A DNA stretch of 37,653 nucleotides from Diploschistes diacapsis. Its lineage: Eukaryota. Each line of letters opens with the position of its first letter. The stretch's first letter is position 1. The notes beneath the pieces were generated by a model. The model made no database searches. It saw only the letters and a program-made list of their open reading frames with translations, and was not told the origin of the DNA. Shown piece after piece: positions 21,900 through 33,400 of the stretch. The DNA lies in contig JALAIB010000060.1 of NCBI GenBank assembly GCA_023645945.1, positions 1 to 37,653 on the forward strand. The letters are read 5' to 3'. The translations under genes were made by a program, and so were the position numbers.

Positions 21900-24230
21900 T
21901 TACCTTTTCAAGATCTCACAAAGGAACGCGGAGACGCAGCCCTCGATCGCTGGGTCACTCACGGGAAGAGATCCTAAGCCCCTTACATGATGATTCGGCT
22001 ACCGAGATACCTCAATCTTCATCTCAGAGCCGTTTCGATCGACAAGGAAGCATAATTCTTATCTCAGCTTTAACGAACTGGGGTTCTTTTCACGACCATT
22101 TAGCTAAGCAAGGCCGAGGTTGGCGCCTTCATATCAACTGGTAGGCGTCATTTATAATACTACCTATCAATCGATTGAAGCGAGGGAGAACCCCAGGTAG
22201 TTGTCGGTTTCACGAGCTTGTACCTATCATAGCAAAGGGGGGAGGGCCTTTGACAGTATCATCTGGTCTAGTGGGTCAGGTCTAGGAGAATTCCTCTGCG
22301 GTTGTGACGAAGGGGAATCGGCAATCTCCTCGTGCTTCTCAGGCTTTGTTCAAATCCTTATTTTCAGATTCTCGTGGTAAATGTTCGCAAACCTTGTCAC
22401 TGCTAAGATGCATCTCGTAATCTTCGCAGCCTCATCATCTTGATTGGTACAGTTTCCACCCTAAAAGCAATGGAGTATTCTAAAGAATATTCCCGCTGTC
22501 GCCGATAGACTAACGGACGTAACAGCCTATATTAGTTCCATAAGAATTTTGCAGCCTCAGGTGTTGATAAATAAAAAGTCTTCAACAAGCCTGATTTCAA
22601 TTTGAGTTGATGTAATTATCAAGTAGCCTTTAGCTTGAACTTCACTATATAGGTCTGACACGTCGCAATGCCTTCGGTCTCAACACTTTTTAGTCGATTG
22701 CCCAAATAGACTCAACATTACTATTTGAGGGCTGTGAACCTTCGCTCCACTCTATGGGGTAAGTAATGACTCATTGAATCGCTGTATATCAGAGATTGCG
22801 AAATAGCCAGTCACAGCTCTTTGTACCAAACTTTTCCTATCAAAGTGCAAGATATCATCTTCTGGCGCTCGTTAAGATATGTATCCTAAGCTGATTATCT
22901 TGTATGTTATAGTTACTTAATTATTGTCCTGCATCTTTCAACTCGTGTTTCTTCGCACAGGACCCCGTATATATCGCTATGAGAGATTGAGAAACGCTTA
23001 TTCTCTTTCGCGGCAATGATCGGTTTGCGGAATTTCCAAGTCCTAAAACACTCTTTATCCTTCTTTTTCATTTGCGGTTCCAGTCGGAATTGTTGACAAA
23101 GATAGGAATGCCAGATTCGGCCAGTATTGTCCTGAGTCACTTGAATGTACATCGTTGTTGCTGTCATCTTTCTTTTACCGCCTGAAGGGATGAGGAGCTT
23201 TGAGCTGCCTGATTGATCGAGTCACCGGATGTGAAGCGCTCATGGTGATGATATATAGAGCCGCGGTGGGCGTCTGTGGTTGTTACGTGACCGAAGTATA
23301 TTGGTGGGATGAAACATCCTTGGGCAGTTGTTTGAAACCTGCGCAAGCTTACTTCTCATATATAGCTAGAGCATCCAGTGAAGTACTCAACATCCCCTCG
23401 CCTTCGCCTCTTGTTGAGCTAAGGTGCTCAAAACACTGTATCCAGCTCCACAACTCTAGACGACTCTCCTGAAGAACGCTACTCTCCTGGATTGTTTCAT
23501 ACTTCGGTGTTATAATGAATCGCGACGCGTGGATCTCGAGTCGCATGAACCAAATCCTTGTCTGTGTTGTGAGCCTGGTTTTCTGTTTGTTCAGCCTGCC
23601 ATCTTTAGGTCGCGATTGCAGCTTTGCTAGAGGCCATAGCACCGATACCTCGTCCTGGAATGAAGTCCACATAATTACCGAAAAATGCTATTGTCTCTGG
23701 ATGTTGTTCCCTATAGAAAAATGCAAACCTTGGTGGGTGGCCGCCTTTTCCAAATATCTTGCAGGGTAAAGGTCTTTAGTTATTTGTTCTATGAGCACTA
23801 TAACTGCGGATAGGCACCATGAATGGATATTCGACCCGTCTGGAGCCCAGGGTTAACGAAAATTGGGAATAAGCAGAGGCGGAACTGATCCTGAGCGAGT
23901 TTGTCGAACCGTGTATTGCACGGAAAGGAGGCAACGCTCCTGCTACTTTCATACAGATCTTCCTATTCCTGAACCGTTTCATACCGTTGATCACGAGCGT
24001 ATGCAAGTCCCTCATCTACCTCAGAAAGTATGTTGGAGAGAGGGATTGTGAGCCATAAATCCGTCTCACCCAGCAAAGCGAGTTGGGAGACCTGAAGGAG
24101 GTTGTGGCATGAGTAATTGCCACCGAAAGCAGTCCTTTTCCCCTCATGACAAAGATATGAGAGGGGGAGATGGTTGGTCATGAACCAATATATACTACCA
24201 AAAAAAGGTGTTCTCCCTGAAACAGAGATC
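21900..24230 (-). pseudogene. Decayed NLR-like gene: PNP_UDP_1 effector domain followed by NACHT and winged-helix domain
   Basis: PNP_UDP_1-like motifs in the right order: GFMAHN...G R*GT (24045-24062; cf. G.IG.HNVV...G.YGT), MKRFRNRKICMKVAGALP (cf. SF.NI...L.VGIAGGVP), VAIHYN, IQCFE, ACAGFKQL. NACHT-like motifs follow: SCDWLF (22801-22818; cf. GTC.WL), FFRILHCF, NLKIRI*TKP (cf. N+KI..SSRP), NDAYQLI*RR, SSCKGL. Confidence 0.55.
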
Positions 24231-24339
24231 AACAGATAAGTTCAGAATCATACAGAACAAAACCTATGTGGTTGCTATCGGCTGAAAGAAAAACACCGAA
24301 GAAAAGTCCACTGGAGCTTGGATATGCCAATCCAGCAGA

Positions 24340-24760
24340 ATCAGGCCAGTGAATGGTCCTGAGACGTGCTACGGGCTGTCGGAAGAGAGCCTACTGAATA
24401 CTGGACTTGTCAACCATCTTCCTAGCCTGGAGTGCGGTATATTAGGGAGTACGACGAGTACCCTGAATCCAAATGTGGCCCCAAAATTGAGAAGTTTAAT
24501 CCCATTTCGGTTGGTAGATGACCCGTACGCCGAAATTTGGTCTCCAATCCTGCCATCTATAGAGTATAGAAGCACACTATTGGAGTCGGGGTCTGATTGA
24601 ATGGAGTCCCCCCTAAGTGTGCACCTGCGTTTATATCTCCGCCCTGTCTCAAAGTGAGATGGAGCAAGTGCACCACTGCAGTGGACCTGCTGTGGAGTAG
24701 TAATGACAATCTTGTATATAAATCAGAGGGTATCACTTCGCTCTCTCCTACTCGGAACTT
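24340..24760 (-). pseudogene. Ankyrin-repeat relic (probably the 3' end of another NLR-like gene)
   Basis: AVVHLLHLTLRQGGDINAG (GGDINAG at 24623-24643), IKLLNFGA and YTALQA (24424-24438), as in fungal NACHT-ANK repeats. Confidence 0.5.
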
Positions 24761-25939
24761 GAGAAAGGCATCCTTCTACTGTCCATTCTGGGACTTCAAT
24801 CCAGATATGGAACTAAGCCTTATGTCGATGTGTGACGTCTCCCGGCACTGGACCCTATCCGCATTTCAAGCAGTCTTTGTTCTTTAACAACCGGTCTCTT
24901 CCTCAAATCCACTGTAGATGAGTGTAGCCATTGGCTATATGATACTATAAGTACTTAAGTTTAAACGTTTGAAATTATCCTGCGCGATTCTTGACCGGAA
25001 TTATGACACAGGTATATCTTCTGTAGTAACTTTGTTGAACGAAAAGTATTGTCCTAAATGATTTGTGCTGGGAGTACAATGAGTGAAAGCAGACAAGACA
25101 GTTTTGCACGGTGACCTGTTGAAGGTATGAAGGTAGTCCTCTGGAGATAGTTATGCCGATAAACAAGGAAACCGAATAAGTCAGCCCAGTGTAATATCTG
25201 GCCTGAAGTCGGTTTGGACCGGGCACAAACACCTGGTAAGAGCATTCGCATTCTAAAGACCCGCTAGCCGATTGTTGATTCCGAGCAGATGGCCGACCGA
25301 CGTTGGATGCTTATCAGGTATAAAGTGGGATAGAAGAGCAACAGAAAGGGATGATATCCTGTCGGGGAGGTAACGCCGAGAGGTTATCCACCCCAGAACT
25401 CCCACATATATATATGTATATAGATAGTAACAAAGCTAGAGAATCGAGGAAAAGAAAATAGAGGAGAGTGAGAGAGTGGCGAGCTTTTAATACTTCCCAG
25501 CGCCTTTCCAGGGACCGTGTTCACTGCTGTGATTCACTGCAGCTAGCAAACACTTCAGACTCGAACATCTGACTAGTCACTCAACCAATCAGCCAATTAG
25601 CTAGCGAAATGCCGCTCCCAGCCGCTTGATTTGATCGAGAGTGTGCTGCTACAGTTCAATGTTGGAAGGACGCTATGTACTTACAAGTTGAAGTTGGAAG
25701 CGCGCGCACACGATCTTTGCTTCGGGTTTTGGGACTACTTTCGGAGATTAGGGCTTTAGGGTACAATGAGTATGTTCCTCTTACTTATGTCAATGAGAGG
25801 AGACAGGCAGAAGAGAACAGTCCGCGAGAAAGTAGATGAGAGAGACACTGTGACACCACTCCTCCGTAGGCGAAAGATAATGGCTTGACCTTGATTGTAC
25901 AGATAATTCGAAGTCCTCAGGGAATAGCTATTCTACTCT

Positions 25940-28900
25940 TTATACATCTCTTATTATCCTCGAACCTTTATCCCTGATTTCCGTCTCCACCATTTCAAGG
26001 CCCGCTAGATTGGGATAGCGCTTGGAGAAAGTCGCTTCCCAATCCTCGGGTGACATTGGTGTAGTTTCCGCTTTCGCTAATGGAGGTACAGGTTGCGCTT
26101 GCGGCTGTCTATTCGAGAGATGGGAAGGTTTAGCGGCAACTGTCGGCGTGGGGAGGCTGCCGCCCGTGCGGAGGACTTGTGGTTTTGGGGGCGCGCTTGG
26201 CCTCGCCATTTGCGGCGGTGGTGCAGGTCCTCCAGACGCCGACGGTGGCGCTATCCGTGACGTTGGCGGATGCTGAAAGAGTTTTTTTGACGGCGTTTGT
26301 GCGGTAGTATCTGCAGGAGAAACCGTGTCTGAGTCTAATGCCGTTGAAGTAGTGAATCTGCCATATCCCTCTGCTGTTTTCGTTGGTGAAGCCTTGTTGC
26401 TCTCATCTAATAACGATTGAACCTTGTTTTGTATTAACATGGCGCGACTGCTATCTTCTGGCCTTCCTCCGCCGCCGCCATTGTCTGCGAAACGCTGCTT
26501 GTAAGCTGCGGCTGCTCCTGCCACTCGCCGCTCCTCTTGTGAAAGTCGACGGCGCTCAAGCTCGCGGCGCATCTCAGGCGGCATCTCTTCAGATTCCTCA
26601 AGAACTCGACCGTCGTCGCTTCGGTCGTCAGCCGCGATAGAACCGGTGATGGGAGTCAGATTCGTGTCTGGAGCTCTGTCATCTTCGTTGGATACATTAT
26701 TGCCTTCAAATCTTTTGAAGGCGTCACCAAATCTTCCGGCGAGCAGCGACTTCGTTCCAGAAAGGGATATAGAGGGTAGGCTTGTGCGCTTGCCTGATTT
26801 CGAACTCGAGCTTTGTCTTTTCTCTTTTCGTTTGTTGGGCTCTTCTTCCTCCATTGCCTTTAAGAAATCAACGTTTGAGGATATGTTGGCTGCTTCTCCG
26901 TCACTGGATATTACCTCTTTAGCAGACGCTGGTGGGTCGTATTTCAATGTGTGAATTTTGTTCTGTGATGGGCTACGCGAATGCAGAAACCTGGTAGCCG
27001 ACTCTGGATGCGCGCTGAGTGGTCTGCTACGTCCAGCATCAGAGCGGGTTCGCGTTATTGGATCACCCAAGTCCGAGGATGGTCTTCGTTGGGACTCTAG
27101 TGAAGCTCTGGCAGATAACGGCGCTTTCGAAGTTGTCACCGTCGTAGTTTGGGAAATTGATCGATGATCTAAAAGAGTTGGTCGCGGTCTCAACGATATC
27201 TCCATTTCTGGCTGATCTCTATTGGGTGGAAAGAAAGGCCTTGGCTGGCTTGAAGCTCGATTATCGGTTTGTGGTACTCTCAATTCGGGTGTCGTCAGAT
27301 CTGGTTTGTCATCAAGCGATGTCCGAGGCGAAGTCATCGTCCCTGTCGAGACCATTGTAGACGTTTTTGATAGGGATCCTTTGGCCTTGGGGCTGTCTAA
27401 GGTTTGGGTACCGACATTCGTGCGATTGGCGAGCGTTGGAACGGATATTGACTGAGGAGTAGCGTCACCTTCAGGTATCGAAGCAGAAATAAACGCCTCA
27501 TCTGCAAGTGCTTCTGTGACTCTTTGGGATAGCTCTTTCGGCTGGGCAGGAGCTTGTGGTTTTTGATCAAAGGCGAAATTCCCCCCCGATTCATGGAGAA
27601 GGGAGAACTGGTCAAGAGACGGAAACCGCTTTGAGATGTCGTCAGGATCGGTGGATGCTATACCTGACTTACCAGAGTCAAGGGCAGCGAATGGGTCACT
27701 GGCTACAACTCTTCTGGATGAGGGACTAGGCTTCGCTGAAGGTTTGTTTGGGCGTAGCTCCGTTGGCCTCCCTCGGCGCATTGGGGTAACTTCCGGAATT
27801 ACAGCTTTTTCTTCAAGCGGAAACGCTTTATATGCTCCTACAACCGGAGGCGAGGCTACGGCAGATGGGGGATTAGGTAGCTCTTGATTTCGTCTCGCCT
27901 GGGACGCAGTTCTGCCAGAATAAATCTGTAGGTAGTTCAGAAAAGTAGAGGGACTTCGGGCAGCTACGGGCTTACGTCTTGGATGGGTATTTCGGTCCCA
28001 CGCATCTGACAAACCTCCCTCATAACTTGATAGATGTTCGGCCGCAACTGTGGTTTCTCCTGAAGCATCATAGCTGCTGCAATCAGCGAGAGGCTCAGTT
28101 AGACAGCTGGAGCCTACCTATAAGCTTCTTTAAAGCATCAGAAAATGGAGGGTAACCAGGGAATTTGAAGCTAGCATTCAGAATGGCCATTTGGCCTTGG
28201 TCTTCGAACGGAGTAGTGTAGTAGCATAGCTTGTACAGCAATACGCCCAATGCCCATATATCGCTTTTTTCGTCGATTGGCTGCTTACGATAGACATCGA
28301 TCATCTCGGGACTCCGGTACTGCATCGTCGTATGTCTCTGCACATCCTCTTCGATCAAGCGCCCTTCCGCCGCGTTTGACGCTGCTGGCCGGGGTGAAGC
28401 TGTGGAGCCAAAGTCACAGAGCTTGTATTTCTTGGACGGGCCGGAAGACGTGATGAGAACGTTCTCTACCTTCAAGTCTCTGTGTAGCAGAGGAGGCTTA
28501 AGGTAATGCATGCATGCGACCCCCTGCGCGACATCCGAAAAGATCTTCATGATCTCCGGCTCAGTCAAACGATTTTGTAGCCGAGTATTCATGAAGTCGA
28601 TCAAACCCCCTCCGTTGCAGTATTCCATAAGCAAGAAGACCTCGTATCCTCCTCCTTTCAGTTGTGAGGCGTGCGAGTCGATATAACGCACTATGTGTTT
28701 GTGACCTTTAAGCTTCTTCATTGTCTCAACTTCTATCCTCATGCTTGTCAAGGCTTCCTTATCGGGGACTGCAACTCTCTTCAGGGCTGCGACATCCTCG
28801 CCATCTACTGGCTTGGGTAGTCGCACCAGGTACAGATGGGCAAAGCCCCCCTCAGAGATATACTTCTCAACAATGACGCGATGGTTGCCGACTTGCACCT

Positions 28901-29027
28901 TCGTTCCCGCCGCAAAGGTGCCTGCTGGCGCCGCAGAAGTTGCGGGAGTACTGCCGTGGGCGCCATGAGGTATAGGCTGACGAGGCACATTAATAGGGTA
29001 GGGAGAGCGAATCGCGGAGGAGGACAT
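25940..29027 (-). CDS. ARK1: Ark1/Prk1 (NAK) family actin-regulating Ser/Thr kinase; exons 29027-28118, 28073(or 28076)-27976, 27925-25940
   Basis: Kinase motifs SEGGFAHLY, ALKRVAVPDK, YEVFLLMEYC, LLHRDLKVENVL, KLCDFGS, HTTMQYRSPEMID and KLCYYTTPFE. Introns 28117-28074 and 27975-27926 have GT-AG ends. Long P/S-rich tail ending WEATFSKRYPNLAGLEMVETEI. Confidence 0.93.
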
Positions 29028-29677
29028 TGTGGGCAATGGAATACTCGCCCGGAGCACTCGAGGGAGGACTGCTATCTATCTAACATGGAGCAAACTGTGG
29101 GGTGCCTAAGCACGATCGAAGAAAATCATTAGGTAGACTCCAATCTCGGATATTGTAAGTAAAGTCTTGGCGGAGGGACTTTGGAGGGCTAAGTTGTAAG
29201 TTGGTAGCGGCGGCAGATGATGATGATTGATCTTCAAAACCAGAATCATCAAACCGATTGCTGCCTTGAAGCTTTCGGTCAAACGGCGCTGCCTTCAACT
29301 AGAATCTCATCACGTGTTGGTTGGTGAGCTGTCGATCGGACTGGAAGGGCCCGCATTGCAGTCATGTCTGTACATTAGCATAATAAGAGCTGTTCTGCCC
29401 TTTGGCATGCAGAAGCCTGCAAGCACGCTAACAACTCAACATGGTCGAACGATAACTAACGATAAGGCTGTAGTGTCTTCGCGGCTCCCTGAGAGAAGGA
29501 CCAATCATGCGAGGTCTGAGATTTCAATGAAAGTCCGCATCGATCTCTATAGTATATCGGGGACCAAGGCTGCGGACTTTGAGCCCTGAGGGAATGTGTT
29601 TGTTTGGACACGTATCCTTGGATATGAACTGGGACGGTTTGCATGGGAATGGGCGTGCTTGCAGTGGCAATCCCTTC

Positions 29678-29705
29678 ACAGTTTACAGTTTACAGTTTAC
29701 AATTT
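29678..29705. repeat. (ACAGTTT)3 ACAATTT heptamer repeat in the divergent ARK1-MOT1 intergenic region
   Basis: Read directly; a second short repeat, (TTACCCA)3(TCACCCA), lies at about 30155-30185. Confidence 0.8.
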
Positions 29706-30419
29706 GTGTACGGGTAGGACTGCAACAACGACGGATATGGTAATAGTATGAAGTTGAAACTAAAGCGAGTTGCGGGAAGAGGATAAACAACAACAGATGG
29801 AGGCTTTTACAGTAAATCATCCTCAAGCCGGAAGCGGGAGATGGAAATGGTGTGTGGGGGTGGGTGGTGAATCCATGTGGATCAGCGATTAACGATTAGC
29901 GTGTTCTGCCCCTGGCACATCAACCATCATACCCCCAACCCTAGCCCCTTTCTGCCTTTCTGCCTTTTCTGCTTTCAAAGTCTCGCTTCCCATATGTAGT
30001 GTGTGTCTCGCCCCCTCGTTTATTTAAGCTGCTCTCGCGACCCTCGACCCTCCTCCCGCCTACCACACATGACTGACCGTATGTGCACACTACTAACTAC
30101 TACCAACCTCAACTTCTTTCCCCGCTTAGCCTTTTTCGAACAACCCACTACCCTTTACCCATTACCCATTACCCATCACCCATCACTCACTCACAATTTG
30201 CATACATTTCAGCACATTCATTTCCCCTATTGCTCCAATCGCAGCTCGCCAAATTACTGTGTCACTCAATATGCATGCAACTCGCATCCAAAATCAATAA
30301 GTATTAATCTCACCCATATTTCGCGATTCTTGCTCGCATTTATCTATCGTTTGTCTATTTCGATGACATCTCCGACTTCATAAATGCCGAATGAGTGAGG
30401 ATGCGACAGCAATGCGACG

Positions 30420-33400
30420 ATGACTTCTCGGTGAGTTATGCCAAGCCTTATGCAAACCCAGTGATATTATATTATGCTTATGCTGACTGATACGTGACAC
30501 AGATTGGATCGCTTAGTAACGTACGAACTTCCCCCTTGCTTGCCCTATCCTGTATCTTGGTAGTACGCACTGACCTTTGGCAGGCTCCTGGAAACAGGTA
30601 GCACAAACCTTATCCGGAATACTGCAGCTCAGCAGCTGGCTGAGCTCCAGAAGCAGCATCCGGATGAATTATTTAATTTACTATCACGAGTAATTCCCTT
30701 TCTTCGCTCTGCAAAATGGGACACTCGCCTTGCTGCAGCCAAAGCTGTCGGAGGTATCGTAGACAACACGCAGAAATTCGATCCAAACGAAGACGAAGAC
30801 GACGTCAAGAACGAAGACGGCCATTGTGAGGGTGAAGCTGAAGACATCAAGTTGGAGAACCGCCATGCCAAGATCGAGCCTGGAAGCAATGGTGTCAAGC
30901 TAGGTGCGAACAGCGACCAACTTCAACTTGCATCGCTTGAAATTGCTAGCATCCTTCGATATGGCAAGAAGCTGGTTGGAAGCGCTGAGAGAGAGCATGA
31001 CTATGCTCTTGCTGGCATGGAAGCAGCTGCTCGACTCGCACACTTGAAAAGCACGCTAAAAGGTCGATTGGGTCTACTAGGCGAGTATTTCGACGACGAT
31101 ATTCTCCTTGAGAAGGAGATGGCCCAGCCAATGCACTCGAACGGTGCCCCGTCCACGCCGGCGCTTGCCCGCATCGATACGAGTCGGAGCCCTAAAGTTC
31201 GTCAGAACAGCATGCAGTCTCCTATGGCTGCTCGGTCACCGCGTGCGTCATTTGGGCAGAGCGACATGGCAGGGTTAACCGCTCGGCAGCTGAACCAACT
31301 CAAACGCAAGAACAAGGCAAACATGAAAGACCAGGCAAGAAAAGTCCGCATACTTGATCTTGGTCCACGAAGAGACAGCGAAATCCCAACACCAATCGCG
31401 GAGAGCGCGCCCGTAAAGCTTGAAGAGGGACTTGAGACCAAATCGGAAATCTTCAGCGTGGATCGCGCGGGCGAAGATGACGAGACGAAGCTTGTGGCGG
31501 ACTATAAGGGCAATATACTACCTGCGAAACCATCGATCCAGACCGAAGCTGAAGACGAGGGCCGAGAATGGCCGTTTGAGAAGCTCTGCGAGATATTGGC
31601 CGTGGATCTATTTGACGCTAGTTGGGAAATCCGTCATGGAGCGGCCATGGGTCTCAGAGAAATCATAAGGTCTCACGGTACTGGTGCTGGGCGAATGCGG
31701 GGACAGTCGAGATCTGAGAATAACAAGCTGAACGCCGCATGGCTCGATGATTTGGCATGTCGCTACTGCTGTGTTCTCATGCTTGATCGCTTCGGAGATT
31801 ACATATCAGATAATGTAGTCGCCCCAATACGAGAAACTACCGGTCAAGCTTTGGCGACTCTTCTACTTCACCTTCCTTCGGACCGCCTGCATAATATCTA
31901 TCAGGTTCTACGCTCGATGGTCTTGCAGCAGAACTTGGGTCTGTCCATGCCCATATGGGAGGTGTGTCATGGCGGGATGCTAGGATTCAAATATCTTGGG
32001 GCTGTCCGCAAGGATTTTCTCATCACGCATCTCGACGGCCTCGTCGAATCTGTTCTGAAGGGTCTCACTGATGCCGATGACGACGTGCGGGCAGTGAGCG
32101 CGGCAACTTTGACACCAATCGCGGAAGATCTGGTCCGTTTACGGCCAAATCTCTTGCAATGCTTGATGAATATTGTCTGGGATTGCCTCTCGGACCTTAG
32201 AGACGACCTTAGTGCCAGTACTGGGCACGTAATGGATTTGCTTGCCAAGCTCTGCAGTCACGACGCTGTGATAACAGCCATGAAGGACAATGCTCTAGCC
32301 GAGGGTGGGGAGCAAGCCGAGTCTGAGCACTCCTTCCAGCGTCTCGTTCCACGGCTTTATCCTTTCCTGCGACATACTATCCCAAGCGTCAGATCTGCTG
32401 TTTTGCGAGCCTTGGAGACCTTCCTGCGACTTGCGGACGTGAAGACCAAGACCTGGGTCGATTCCAAGATTCTGCGGCTCACGTTTCAGAACATCTTCGT
32501 CGAACGTTACAGCGATGTGCTCGAGCTATCCTCTCAAGTCTGGGATTCGATGGACAATCTCCTTCAAGCGGAAAGCCGCTTCCTCCCTGAGTTCGAAGTA
32601 TACGCCAACCAGCTTCTAGCTCTCGCCTTGCATCCGGTCGGTGTTGCTCGGCATCCCATTCCTGTCGACTATTCTCTCATCATGAAGCCTTCTGGTCAGC
32701 TTCTTGCGGAGCCGGCAGCCCCCCAACGAAAACACAGCCCCCCTACTTCCGGCGAACCTCCTACAAAACGACGTCGCCGTTCGGAGAAGAAAGAAGAGCC
32801 GGCGATCAAAGCACACAACGTGGACGGACACATGCTTCAAGGTGATGTAGATCTTGTTGGTCTAGATACGCTGATTCGGTCAAGAATCTACACTGCGCGA
32901 GCATACGGCAAAGCGCTTGCGCTTGCACAAGGTCACACTATTCCCATGGTATATGATCGTCTAGCTGAAGCTCTGGAATCGTGTTACGCGACGACCCAAA
33001 TCAATGCTGCCATGATTCTGGAGGAGCAAGTTCGGCTCAGTGGGAAAGACATGGCTCTCCCTGCTCCGATAACAGAAAGACTTCGATCGATCACTGAAGA
33101 TGAGCGACCTGAAGCCTATACGGAGCTTGTTGGCTACTTGCAAATAGCCCGAGCCCAATGCCAGTCACTCGTCAACACTTTCAGAGATCAAGGCAAAGTT
33201 CCACAGACAAAATTACCGCATGTTGCTGTCGTGGTTCAAGGAGATCCCGGAGCCGGACCACAAGCCTTCACGATCGCCAATGCAAAAACAATTATTAGCA
33301 GCGACTTTGAGCGGCTCAGGAAATCAATGTCATCTGCCCAGCGTCTCACATCAGCGCAAGCGCTCAATGAGGCAAGGGCTAATGTTAGAATCGCTATCGA

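Noticed and set aside
7700..24950. Intact Starship element
   Set aside because: No DUF3435 tyrosine recombinase or convincing terminal repeats were recognised; kept only as a hypothesis.
25745..25765. TTAGGG-like words (also TTACCCA repeats near 30155)
   Set aside because: Too short and imperfect for telomeric repeats or a telomerase template.
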